This document shows positions 17,611 to 26,303 of a stretch of DNA of 64,000 nt, piece by piece. This DNA comes from Pseudomonadota bacterium (GTDB lineage Bacteria > Pseudomonadota > Alphaproteobacteria > Rhizobiales > Beijerinckiaceae), in contig JAKAJL010000009.1 in assembly GCA_021813805.1 (NCBI GenBank), forward strand, positions 27,594 to 91,593, given 5' to 3'. The notes below the pieces were generated by a model. That model saw only the letters and a list, made by a program, of their open reading frames with translations. It searched no databases and was not told the DNA's origin. Numbering within the stretch: the first letter of the stretch is position 1; every line of letters begins with the position of its first letter. The position numbers and the translations under genes were made by a program.

Positions 17611-20526
17611 TTGACACAGGTGACGCCGCCAGGAGTCGCATCACCCGCCCGCAACCGGGCCGTGCCGTCTGATGCGGCGTGGGTTCGCGAGCTTTCCCAT
17701 ATCCTTCGGAAAACAGACGCCTGGCGCGCGCATGCGCCACGGTGGTCCATGCTTGTCGGCGGCCTGCTCGTCGCCGGCGCGGGCGCGTTGGCGCGCCTGG
17801 CGCTTCTTGGCGAGTCGACACCGAAGGTCGCCTATCTGACCGCCTATCCCGCGGTGATCGTCGCCGCCGTTCTTGGCGGTCCGTGGGGCGGGGCTTCGGC
17901 GGTTCTCGGCAGCGTCGTGCTGCTGCATTTTTTTTTCGTTCCCTTGAAGGAAGCGGCGGACTGGCTCGCGCTTGCGATCTTCGGGGTGGGTTGCGTGCTG
18001 GTCATCGGCTTGACGGAGCTGCTGTCTCGCACGCGCGAACGCGTCGCGGCGGAGCAGGCGGCGCGGGAGGTCGACGCCAGGCTCGCGGCGATCGTCGAGT
18101 CCTCGTCGGACGCCATTCTCAGCATGATGCTCGATGGAACGATCACCAGCTGGAACGGCGCCGCGTCCCGCATTTTCGGCTATGACGCGCAAGAAATGAT
18201 CGGCGAGACGATGACCAAGATCGTCCCGCCGCATCTTCTCGACGAGGAAGAGTCGATTTTGCCGCAGCTCCGAGCGGGGGAGAGTGTCGGCCACTACGAA
18301 ACGGTCCGCCTTGCCAAGGACGGCCGCCAGATCGACGTCTCATTGACGATCTCGCCGCTGATTGACGCCGCAGGCCATGTCGTGGGCGCGTCGATGATCC
18401 TTCGCGATATCACGGTGCGCAAAAAGGCTGAACAGGTCCTGCGCGACAGTGAACAGTTCAAGGGTTTTCTGCTCGAACTGGGCGACGCGCTCAAGCCGCT
18501 GGGCGATCCCGACGCGATCAAGGACGCCGCCAGCGGCGTTCTGGGGCGACAAATCGGCGCCAATCAGGTTCTCTATGCCGAAATCGATCCAACCGACGTC
18601 TTTGCGCTCGTATCGCGGGACTGGAATGACGGTTCGATGGCGAGCAATGTCGGAGCGCACAAACTCATTGATTTCGGTCCGGAATTTATCGCCGATCTGA
18701 AGGCTCGAAAGACGGTCGTCATCGACGACGTCACGACCGATCCGCGCACATCCTCGCACTGGGCCCAGGCGATGTTCGAGGCGCGAAACATCAAAGCCTT
18801 GATTTGCGTGCCGCTGGTCAAAAAAGGCCGGCTGGTCTCGGTTTTATCCGTCCACTGCCATTCGGTCCGCCATTGGCGCGATTTCGACGCTTCCATGGTC
18901 GAAGAGGTCGCCGAGCGAACCTGGGCCGCCCTGGAAAGCGCGCGAGCCGAGCTGGCCTTGCGCGAAAGCGAGGCGGCGCGGCGCGAAAGCGAAAAGAATT
19001 TCCGATTATTGGCCGATGCGATGCCCCAGCTCGCGTGGATCGCCCGAGCCGATGGTTACGTGATTTGGTATAATCAGCGTTGGCATGACTACACCGGCGC
19101 GGCTCCCGGGCAGACCGAGGGGTGGGGCTGGAGAACCTTTCATGACCCTGACATCCTCCCCCTGGTCATGGACCGGTGGATGGCGTCGATCACGACGGGC
19201 AAGCCATTCGACATGACCTTCCCGCTACGTGGCGCCGACGGCAAATTCAGGCCGTTTCTGACCCGCGTGATGCCCATTCTGGACCCCGACGGCAAAGTCC
19301 TTCAATGGTTTGGAACCAACACGGATGTGACTGAACAGAAGGCGATGGAGGAAGAGCTTCGTCAGGCGAAGCTCGGAGCCGAACGCGCCAATCTCGCCAA
19401 GGGCAAATTTCTAGCGGCGGCCAGCCACGATCTGCGCCAGCCGGTCCAGTCGCTCACTCTGCTCCTCACAGTCATCAGGCGCCAGCTTTCCGAGACGGCG
19501 CTGGCGAACGAGGCGATAAGCCTCGCCGAGGTTTCGGTGACCAGCCTCAATGTCATGCTGGCCGGGATTCTCGATCTATCCCGTCTCGACGCCGGGGTCG
19601 TGGCGCCGCATTTCGAGAGTGTGGACCTCGGCGAGTTCGTCTGCCGGCTGGCGCGTGAATATCAGTCGCGAGCCGCGGCGAACGGCCTCGTCCTGCGCGT
19701 CGCGCCTCGCGCCTTGCGCGCCAGGACCGATGCCGCGCTGCTGGAGCGGATCCTGCGCAACTTGGTCGAAAACGCCCTTCGCTACACGGCCGAAGGCGGC
19801 GCTCTCATCGGCTTGCGTCGCCGCGGCGAGAGGGTTCGGATCGACGTCATCGACACCGGCATTGGCATTCCAGCCGATCAACAGGCGGAAATCTTCGAAG
19901 AATTCCGGCAGCTCGACAATCCGGCCCGCGACAGCAGCAAGGGACTTGGCCTCGGTCTGGCCATCGCTTCCCGTCTCGCCCGTCTTCTGGGCGCCGAGCT
20001 TGAGGTCAGTTCAAGGCTCGCCCGCGGCGCGCGTTTTTCGGTGCTTCTTCCGATTGATCACAGCGCGCCGGCCGACCGTCCGGCGCAGACCGCGGTTGAC
20101 GATCCCGGCGGCCGTATTCTCGTGATCGAAGATAACCCCACTGTGCGCGCGGCCTATGTCTCCATGCTGTCTCTTTGGGGCTATGAAGTGCTGGGCGCAG
20201 CCAGCGGCGAGGAGGCGATCGACCGCGCCGCGTTGGAAAATTGGCGCGTTGAAGCCATTATCGCCGATTATCGCCTGGGCCCCGGCCTGACCGGCGCCCG
20301 CGCCGTAGCGGAAATTGCGCGCCAGGCCGGACGCCCTGTTCCGGCCATGCTCGTTACCGGCGACACCGCCCGGGAACGTCTCGTAGAAGCCTCAGGCAGC
20401 GGTTTCGTCTTGCTGCACAAGCCTGTCAACGCCGCGGAGCTGCGTCAAAAGCTGGCGAGTCTCCTGCGAGAGGGGCGTGACAGGTCGTCAGATCCGCCGG
20501 CGCCCCGCATGAACGGAAGCGTGTGA
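17611..20526 (+). CDS. hybrid sensor histidine kinase (membrane region - PAS - GAF-like - PAS - HisKA - HATPase - receiver)
   Basis: The H-box reads AASHDLRQPVQSL and the ATPase boxes read VIDTGIGIP and GLGLGLAIASRL. The C-terminal receiver reads ILVIEDNP...IIADYRLGPGLTG...LHKPV. PAS-like segments read SWNGAASRIFGYDAQEMIG and WYNQRWHDYTG. The start is uncertain (TTG 17611 or ATG 17749). Confidence 0.9.
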   Translation: MTQVTPPGVASPARNRAVPSDAAWVRELSHILRKTDAWRAHAPRWSMLVGGLLVAGAGALARLALLGESTPKVAYLTAYPAVIVAAVLGGPWGGASAVLGSVVLLHFFFVPLKEAADWLALAIFGVGCVLVIGLTELLSRTRERVAAEQAAREVDARLAAIVESSSDAILSMMLDGTITSWNGAASRIFGYDAQEMIGETMTKIVPPHLLDEEESILPQLRAGESVGHYETVRLAKDGRQIDVSLTISPLIDAAGHVVGASMILRDITVRKKAEQVLRDSEQFKGFLLELGDALKPLGDPDAIKDAASGVLGRQIGANQVLYAEIDPTDVFALVSRDWNDGSMASNVGAHKLIDFGPEFIADLKARKTVVIDDVTTDPRTSSHWAQAMFEARNIKALICVPLVKKGRLVSVLSVHCHSVRHWRDFDASMVEEVAERTWAALESARAELALRESEAARRESEKNFRLLADAMPQLAWIARADGYVIWYNQRWHDYTGAAPGQTEGWGWRTFHDPDILPLVMDRWMASITTGKPFDMTFPLRGADGKFRPFLTRVMPILDPDGKVLQWFGTNTDVTEQKAMEEELRQAKLGAERANLAKGKFLAAASHDLRQPVQSLTLLLTVIRRQLSETALANEAISLAEVSVTSLNVMLAGILDLSRLDAGVVAPHFESVDLGEFVCRLAREYQSRAAANGLVLRVAPRALRARTDAALLERILRNLVENALRYTAEGGALIGLRRRGERVRIDVIDTGIGIPADQQAEIFEEFRQLDNPARDSSKGLGLGLAIASRLARLLGAELEVSSRLARGARFSVLLPIDHSAPADRPAQTAVDDPGGRILVIEDNPTVRAAYVSMLSLWGYEVLGAASGEEAIDRAALENWRVEAIIADYRLGPGLTGARAVAEIARQAGRPVPAMLVTGDTARERLVEASGSGFVLLHKPVNAAELRQKLASLLREGRDRSSDPPAPRMNGSV

Positions 20527-20632
20527 CGCCGCTCGCGCGGGCTGCGTTGGGGCAGAGGCCGCCCGGGCTGATCGGCGCAGAACCCGGCGGACGTTCAAGC
20601 GTCGCTTTGCGCCAGGTTGAATGGAAACCGGC

Positions 20633-21274
20633 CTAAATGGATGACGAGATTGTCGGCCAGGAATGGCGATTTGTTACCGCGAGCAACATGCGCACCAGTT
20701 CGGGCAAGCTGCCGGCCTGCGTTTTCCTCATGATATTGGCGCGATGGATCTCGACCGTCCGGAAACTGATGCCCAGTTCGCCGGCTATCACCCTGTTCGA
20801 CTTTCCATCGACCAGCCTGTCCAAGACATCTTGCTCGCGGGTGGTCAAGGTCGACAGACGCGACCGTATTTCCTGCGTCGAGGCGCTCTGTTCCGGATCG
20901 ACGACCTGGCGGCGCAGGGCCTTGCGAACGGAAGCAAGCAGCAAAGCGTCGTTGACCGGCTTTTCCATGAAATCGGCGGCGCCTTTCTTCATCGCGTCCA
21001 CGGCAAGCGGAATATCGCCCTGTCCGGTGATGAGGATGACCGGAAGGTTCAGCCCGCGCGCCTGAACCTCCGCCAGGAGGTCGACCCCGCTCATCTCCGG
21101 CAATCGGACATCGGTGATGACGCATCCGCGTTCCTCGGGTCCGATCGCCGCGAGGAATTGCTGCGCCGATGAATAGGTCCTGGATTCAATGCCCTCCGTC
21201 GCCAGGAACAGGCGGATGGACTTGCAGACAACGGGATCGTCGTCGATAACATGAACTACCTGAGACATCGTCAT
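20633..21274 (-). CDS. FixJ/NarL-type response regulator (receiver + LuxR HTH)
   Basis: The receiver reads VVHVIDDDP...CVITDVRLPEMSG...PVILITGQGD...KGAADFMEKP. The HTH reads LTTREQDVLDRLVDGKSNRVIAGELGISFRTVEIHRANIMRK. It is convergent with the hybrid kinase. Confidence 0.9.
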   Translation of the reverse strand: MTMSQVVHVIDDDPVVCKSIRLFLATEGIESRTYSSAQQFLAAIGPEERGCVITDVRLPEMSGVDLLAEVQARGLNLPVILITGQGDIPLAVDAMKKGAADFMEKPVNDALLLASVRKALRRQVVDPEQSASTQEIRSRLSTLTTREQDVLDRLVDGKSNRVIAGELGISFRTVEIHRANIMRKTQAGSLPELVRMLLAVTNRHSWPTISSSI

Positions 21275-22352
21275 GACCGCAGTGGTGAAAGTCTGAATCT
21301 CGGGTCAAACTGAAGAAGTCTATCCGGCGTGACCGGCGGATAGGGCGGTATTCTTGTTTTCGCCGTCGGACGCAGGGGACACGCGACCGACCGCCGGATA
21401 TGCGAAGCTTCGGCTGGCGCAACGCCGACACCGTCCAGGCCACCTGAACGACGTCAGCAACGCGGCTTCGCGCACGCCGACGCCATTTTTGTTAACATGT
21501 GATCTAAATAGCAATTGCGTAACTTATTTGCAACAAATACGTTCTAATTTCGCGTGTTGACCTTAACGCGGAAATTCATTCTGGCGGAGTCCCTCGAAGC
21601 CGACGTCGCGATGGCGGCGGAATTCGCCGAAATATCCCCAAGCCCGGGGCCGCGGCGCAGCGCCACCGAACGCGAGCCGGGCGTCCAGCGCATCGTTCGG
21701 GCGCGACACGGTTTCGACTGGCGACGACTGGCTGCAATCTTCAAGGACGTCATGGTCCACGAACGCATGGTCGCGGCCGCCTCACCGGCCATCCGTTTGG
21801 CCAGGCGCCGAAGGATCGGCGGCGTCCTGCCCGGACCGCGAAAGCCGGAGAGGCCATCGACGCCCCGGAAACGAGCCGTGATGTGTCGTAGCGGCTTCGC
21901 TTTTTCTCGAACAGGAAAAAACGCCCGAACGATCGAGACCCTCGGCCGGTCACGACCGCCCCCGCTTCGGTGCGCGCCTGGTGGATCAGCGCGGGCTTCC
22001 CGTTTGGGAGGTTTGTCATCTGCGCGACCTTGAGCTGCACCGCACAGCCTTCGCGATCGACTACGAAGGCCAGTTTCCGGGCCTGCTCGCGCGCCACCCG
22101 CGTGGCCGCCGGGCCGTGCTGATGACGCAGCGTTTTCGCGTGGATTTCGATTCTGCTGAGCCAGTTTCCTTACGCGCAAATATCACATCCCGATGTCGCT
22201 CTGGCCGAGCGCGCCCCAAATCCGGATCGCTTCCACGAAAAAATTCCGGCGCAGATATATGTTCCTCGAAAATTTTGAGGCGGAGGACCTGTGCGCCGGC
22301 TGCCATCTTGGCTGACGGCGCATCGCCTGTCGATCGAACCGAGAGCGCGGCT

Positions 22353-23963
22353 TCAAGGGCGGGCGACGTCCTCTTGCCTCCATTCCAGAATGGTCTTGCT
22401 TTCCGGCGCCGGTTCAAATGCGATATCGCGCCGGCCAAAGGTTATTTCTCCTGACGCCCCATCGAGGGCGATCCAATCGCCCTGACGAATGGCTCGGCCC
22501 CCGATTGTCGCGCCGCGCCCGTCGGCGTCGATCGTCAGGGCGGCGCAGCCCACCAGACATACTTTCCCCATTTGCCGGGCGACGACCGCCGCATGGGAGG
22601 TGCGGCCGCCGATCGCGGTCAGGACGCCGTCCGCCGCGGCGAAACCGGCGATGTCCTCGGTTGAGGTGTCGCGCCGGATGAGGATCGCCTTTTCGCCGCG
22701 ACGAGCCAGATCCTCGGCCTGCGCGCCGGCAAAACAGGCGCGCCCGCAGGCGACGCCCGGCGCGGCGACGACAGCGTGCGCGACCACCGGGGCGGTCTCG
22801 ACAAAAGTGGTTTCGCCGACCTTGGCGACGTCGATTCCCGCGACCCGCCGCAGCGCCTCGGCGCGATCGATCAGTCCCTCGGCCACCAGATCGACCGCGA
22901 TCTTGAGCGCAGCGCGCGGGGTGCGTTTGGCGGAACGGGTTTGCAGCAGGAAGAGTTTGCCGTTCTCGATGGTGAACTCGATATCCTGCATGTCGCGCCG
23001 CGCCTTTTCCAGCGTCCCGACGCTTTCCTCCAATTGCCGCGCCGCTTGCGGCAGGCGATCGCGCAATTGCGCCGCGTCAAGCGGCGTGCGCCGTCCCGAA
23101 ACGACATCCTCGCCCTGCGCGTCGAACAGGAAATCGGCATAGAAGGTTTTGGCGCCGTTGGCGGGATCGCGCGAAAAGGCCACGCCCGAGCCGGAAGCGC
23201 CGCCGGCGTTGCCGAAGGCCATGATCTGGACCGTGACGGCGGTGCCGAGCAGATGGTCCAAGCCGTTCATCCGGCGGTAGGTTTCGGCGCGCGAACCGCG
23301 CCAGGACAGGTAGACCGCGCGGGCGGCACCGAAAAGCTGCGCCATCGGGTCCGGCGGCGGGCCGGCGTCCTCGGCGATAACGAGAAACGCACTGGCCAGC
23401 CGCTCCAAAGCTTCGGGATCGAGCTCGCCCTCATGGGCGACGCCTTCAGCCTCGATCATGCGCGCCAGCGCCTGGTCGAAGGGCGCCGTCTCCATCCCGC
23501 CGACGACTTCAGCATAGGCCTGGATGAACCGCCGCCAGGAGTCGAACGCGAGGCGTGGATTTCCCGTCGCACGGATCAGACCGTGGACGCTGACCGCGTT
23601 CATGCCGACATCGAGCACTGTCTCCAGCATGCCCGGCATGGAGTGTTCCGCGCCAGAGCGCACCGAGACGAGGAGCGGCGCGCGGGCGTCGCCGAGCTTG
23701 CGCCGTGTCGCGGCCTCAAGGCGCGCGACGCCTTTGGCCAAGCCGTCGCGAAGGACATTTTGCGCTTTCTCGTCGCCGGAGAGGATCGGGCCGCAGAGCG
23801 CCGTCGGGAGAACAAAAGCAGGCGGGACAGGCAGACCGAGCGCGGTCATTCCCGCCAGTTCCGAGGCTTTCGAGCCATATAGCGCGGCAGGCAATTCGGC
23901 CTGTCCGCTCCCGCCGGCGTCGTCCAAGCCAATCCAGCCGACCTGCAGCTCGTGCGCGTTCAT
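22353..23963 (-). CDS. pyruvate-phosphate-dikinase-like protein: ATP-grasp nucleotide-binding domain + phospho-histidine swivel domain, lacking the PEP/pyruvate-binding domain
   Basis: The N-terminal region (GLPVPPAFVLP..., PLLVSVRSGAEHSMPGMLETVLDVGMN, RLAFDSWRRFIQAYAEVV) and the swivel domain (ILIRRDTSTEDIAGFAAADGVLTAIGGRTSHAAVVARQMGKVCLVG...GDWIALDGASGEITFG) are PPDK-like. The protein is 536 aa from ATG 23963. That ATG overlaps the upstream stop (ATGA). The track ORF extension up to 24356 is Arg-rich and overlaps the upstream gene. Confidence 0.85.
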   Translation of the reverse strand: MNAHELQVGWIGLDDAGGSGQAELPAALYGSKASELAGMTALGLPVPPAFVLPTALCGPILSGDEKAQNVLRDGLAKGVARLEAATRRKLGDARAPLLVSVRSGAEHSMPGMLETVLDVGMNAVSVHGLIRATGNPRLAFDSWRRFIQAYAEVVGGMETAPFDQALARMIEAEGVAHEGELDPEALERLASAFLVIAEDAGPPPDPMAQLFGAARAVYLSWRGSRAETYRRMNGLDHLLGTAVTVQIMAFGNAGGASGSGVAFSRDPANGAKTFYADFLFDAQGEDVVSGRRTPLDAAQLRDRLPQAARQLEESVGTLEKARRDMQDIEFTIENGKLFLLQTRSAKRTPRAALKIAVDLVAEGLIDRAEALRRVAGIDVAKVGETTFVETAPVVAHAVVAAPGVACGRACFAGAQAEDLARRGEKAILIRRDTSTEDIAGFAAADGVLTAIGGRTSHAAVVARQMGKVCLVGCAALTIDADGRGATIGGRAIRQGDWIALDGASGEITFGRRDIAFEPAPESKTILEWRQEDVARP

Positions 23964-25915
23964 GCGGACAACTCCTGGAAAAGCCGGGCGCGCAGCGACA
24001 TGGCCGCATGGGCGAGGCGATCGGTCGCCCCCTCCAATGAACGGGCGATTTCCAGCCCGAGGACGATAACGCGCGCTTCGGCGCCCGTAAGCGCCGGCCC
24101 CAGCAGCGCGGCCATGGCGGCGCGCTGGGCCGCGTCGGCGGCGCGTTCGGAGTCGATGACCGCGTCGATGCATTTGAGGGTGAACGCGGCGTCCTCCCGC
24201 TTGCCTTCGGGCGCCAGAAGCGCGCCATCGACCGCCCGCGTCATTTGCGCGGCCGATTCGGTCGCGATCGACGCCAGCAGCGCGAGCGGAGGGCCGATCC
24301 GGTTCGCCTCGTCGCCCTCGGCCAGGCTGACGAGAAAGGCCGCCTCGTCGAAACAATCGGTCGCCGCCTCGATCTGGTCGACCAGCGCCAACACGTCCTC
24401 GGCCTCGCGCAATCGCGACGAAAGTTTGCGCGCCTCGACGGTCAGCCGGTCCGCCTTGGCCTCGATCGCCTTGGCCCGCGCGGCCAGAACGCGCCGCTCG
24501 TCAACATTCGCCAGCGAATCGGGCAGGAAGGCCATTTCGATCATGCCCGCCAGCATTCGCGTCAGGCCAAGATGACGCAGCGCGACGGCAAGGGTTTCGC
24601 GCTCGGCGGTATCGAGCCTTTGCGACAGATCCGCCTGGATTTCGTCACGGATCAGCCGCGTCGAGCGGCCATCCTTCAGGCCCTCGCAGGCGACATGGAG
24701 AACATGGCGCAGAAAGCCCTGGCATTCGTCCTCGCCAAGCGCCTGGCCGAGCGGCGCGCCATAAGCGATCCGGCCGGACGCCGCATTGCGGACGGCCTCA
24801 TAGACAAGCTCCGCGCCGCCGAGTTCGAGAAAGGCGCGATGGCCTTCGTCGCGCCGGGCCGCGTCGGTGAGAATTTGGATCGCGCCCTTTTTGCCAGTAA
24901 AAAGCTGGAGCGCTTTGCGCGCCTTGTTCCAGTCGATCAGGAAGACGATGCGCGAGCCGAGCAATTCGAGGAAGCGATCGAGTTCAGGGGCGTCCGCGGC
25001 GCGAAAAACGCCGGTCAGCAGATAGAAGACCTCGCCTTCCGCAAGATTGCGCTGCCGCTTTTCGCCAAGAGGGCTCCATTCGACGCCCGATTCCTCGAAC
25101 AGAGACATGAAGAATTTGGCGCGCGGACGATGGACGTCGGTATAGGTCGTCGTCGCGGTCAGGCCTTCGACGCGGACGACCAGCACATGGGCGTCCGTCG
25201 TGCCGATGTCATTCTGGATCGAGAGGCGCGCGCCGATTTTTCCAGCCGTGGTCGCCAGTCCCGGGTGGCCGAAGGCCAGGTTTTTCGTGCGGTTCAAACC
25301 GCGCATGAAAGCCTTGACCCGGGCGCGGGCGGATTCGTCGAGGCCCGCGGCGCCGGCGCCGTCCACGTCCTCCACGGCGGTCTCGGCGGCCAGCCGGTTG
25401 ATGGCGCGATGAAGGTCCATCACCACGAGATGCAGGCTGTCGCCGGCCTCGCGGCGGACGGAGGCCAACGCCAGCGCCTCGGCGTGCGAAACCCGGTCAT
25501 CGGCGAAGGACGGCAATGCGGCGACAATGGCGTCCACGCGCCGTTTCAGCGCGGCGACGTCCTCGCCGCCGGCGACTTCGAGAGGCTCCACCATGGCGGC
25601 GAGGTCGTCCGCCATGCCGCCGGCCAGGGCCGCCGCCCCGGGCGCGATGAAATGACCGGCGTCGAGCGGCCGCGCCCCGGAGAAAATCGCATCGAAAGCA
25701 GCGTCGTCGAGCCCCGCCGCGCGTCTTTCGCTCTCCAGCGCGGGAGCCGCGCGACCGGGCTCGGACGCTTGGGCGGAGGCTTCCTGCAGAAGGGTCATGC
25801 GAATTTTCAGACGGTCGTTGGCCGTCAAAGCCGCCGCGATCAGACCCGGCAGGAGGACCGCCTTCTCGCCCAGGGATTCGACGATTGCGACCTTGCCGAC
25901 CATTCGTTTCGTCAA
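23960..25915 (-). CDS. 651-aa protein of unknown function; the C-terminal 200 aa or so resemble DUF47/PhoU-like helical repeats
   Basis: The ORF is long, has a normal amino-acid composition and a high third-position G+C. I recognise no catalytic motif. C-terminal segments such as KADRLTVEARKLSSRLREAEDVLALVDQIEAATDCFDEAAF and IDAVIDSERAADAAQRA...LEIARSLEGATDRLAHAA resemble the two-repeat DUF47/PhoU pattern. That domain assignment is an inference. Confidence 0.7.
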   Translation of the reverse strand: MTKRMVGKVAIVESLGEKAVLLPGLIAAALTANDRLKIRMTLLQEASAQASEPGRAAPALESERRAAGLDDAAFDAIFSGARPLDAGHFIAPGAAALAGGMADDLAAMVEPLEVAGGEDVAALKRRVDAIVAALPSFADDRVSHAEALALASVRREAGDSLHLVVMDLHRAINRLAAETAVEDVDGAGAAGLDESARARVKAFMRGLNRTKNLAFGHPGLATTAGKIGARLSIQNDIGTTDAHVLVVRVEGLTATTTYTDVHRPRAKFFMSLFEESGVEWSPLGEKRQRNLAEGEVFYLLTGVFRAADAPELDRFLELLGSRIVFLIDWNKARKALQLFTGKKGAIQILTDAARRDEGHRAFLELGGAELVYEAVRNAASGRIAYGAPLGQALGEDECQGFLRHVLHVACEGLKDGRSTRLIRDEIQADLSQRLDTAERETLAVALRHLGLTRMLAGMIEMAFLPDSLANVDERRVLAARAKAIEAKADRLTVEARKLSSRLREAEDVLALVDQIEAATDCFDEAAFLVSLAEGDEANRIGPPLALLASIATESAAQMTRAVDGALLAPEGKREDAAFTLKCIDAVIDSERAADAAQRAAMAALLGPALTGAEARVIVLGLEIARSLEGATDRLAHAAMSLRARLFQELSA

Positions 25916-26303
25916 TCCTGTCCATTGAACACAGATGAATTATAGCCGGCGACAATGCTTCGCGCGATTGCGTTGAATCAATTCCATATCGCACCATTCG
26001 CCCAGACTAATGTCGCAATTCGCCGTTATTGTTGCCGCGCGGGAAGCATTGTCATAAAAATGACATGACCTCTTTTCGTCTCGAATTGCCGGGATCGGGC
26101 AATTCTCGCGTGGCGCAGCGTCCCTGTCCGACGAGGAGAACCGGGAGGCGCGCGTTTCCCGCGCGGTCATTCGCCGGCCGCGCCCGAAAAATTGTCCAAA
26201 TCTCGCATCCACAGCGACCGCCGAAAAACAGATGGGCTCTCCACGCGGCGTCCTGAATGCCGAGTTCGTTCACGATGCGCCCGCGCTCCTCGCCCGATGC
26301 CGA

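Noticed and set aside
17928-17936. T9 homopolymer inside the hybrid kinase CDS (codes HFFFV), considered as a phase-variation tract
   Set aside because: It lies in frame in a membrane helix where Phe runs are natural. There is no evidence of variability from a single sequence.
21511-21533. GCAATTGC / TTGC-N11-GCAA imperfect palindrome upstream of the FixJ-type regulator, considered as a FixK/FNR box
   Set aside because: The spacing and half-sites do not match TTGAT-N4-ATCAA. The nearby GTGATCTAAATAGC also fails the consensus. Evidence is too weak to call a site.
22411-22419. GGTTCAAAT, a tRNA T-loop-like motif
   Set aside because: The flanking bases cannot form a T-stem or the rest of a cloverleaf, and it lies inside the dikinase-like CDS. 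I found no tRNA by eye anywhere, but tRNAscan-SE should confirm this.
24245-25945. 566-aa plus-strand ORF opposite the 651-aa gene. Comparable long antisense ORFs occur at 493-1482(-), 4004-5251(-), 15778-17310(-), 34357-36495(-), 38065-39798(+), 40553-41572(-), 44182-46101(+), 49396-51123(+), 56232-57401(+), 58921-61269(+) and 62150-63688(-).
   Set aside because: Each is antisense to a gene with recognisable family motifs. All have Arg/Gly/Asp/His-rich compositions without motifs. They reflect stop-codon scarcity in GC-rich DNA.
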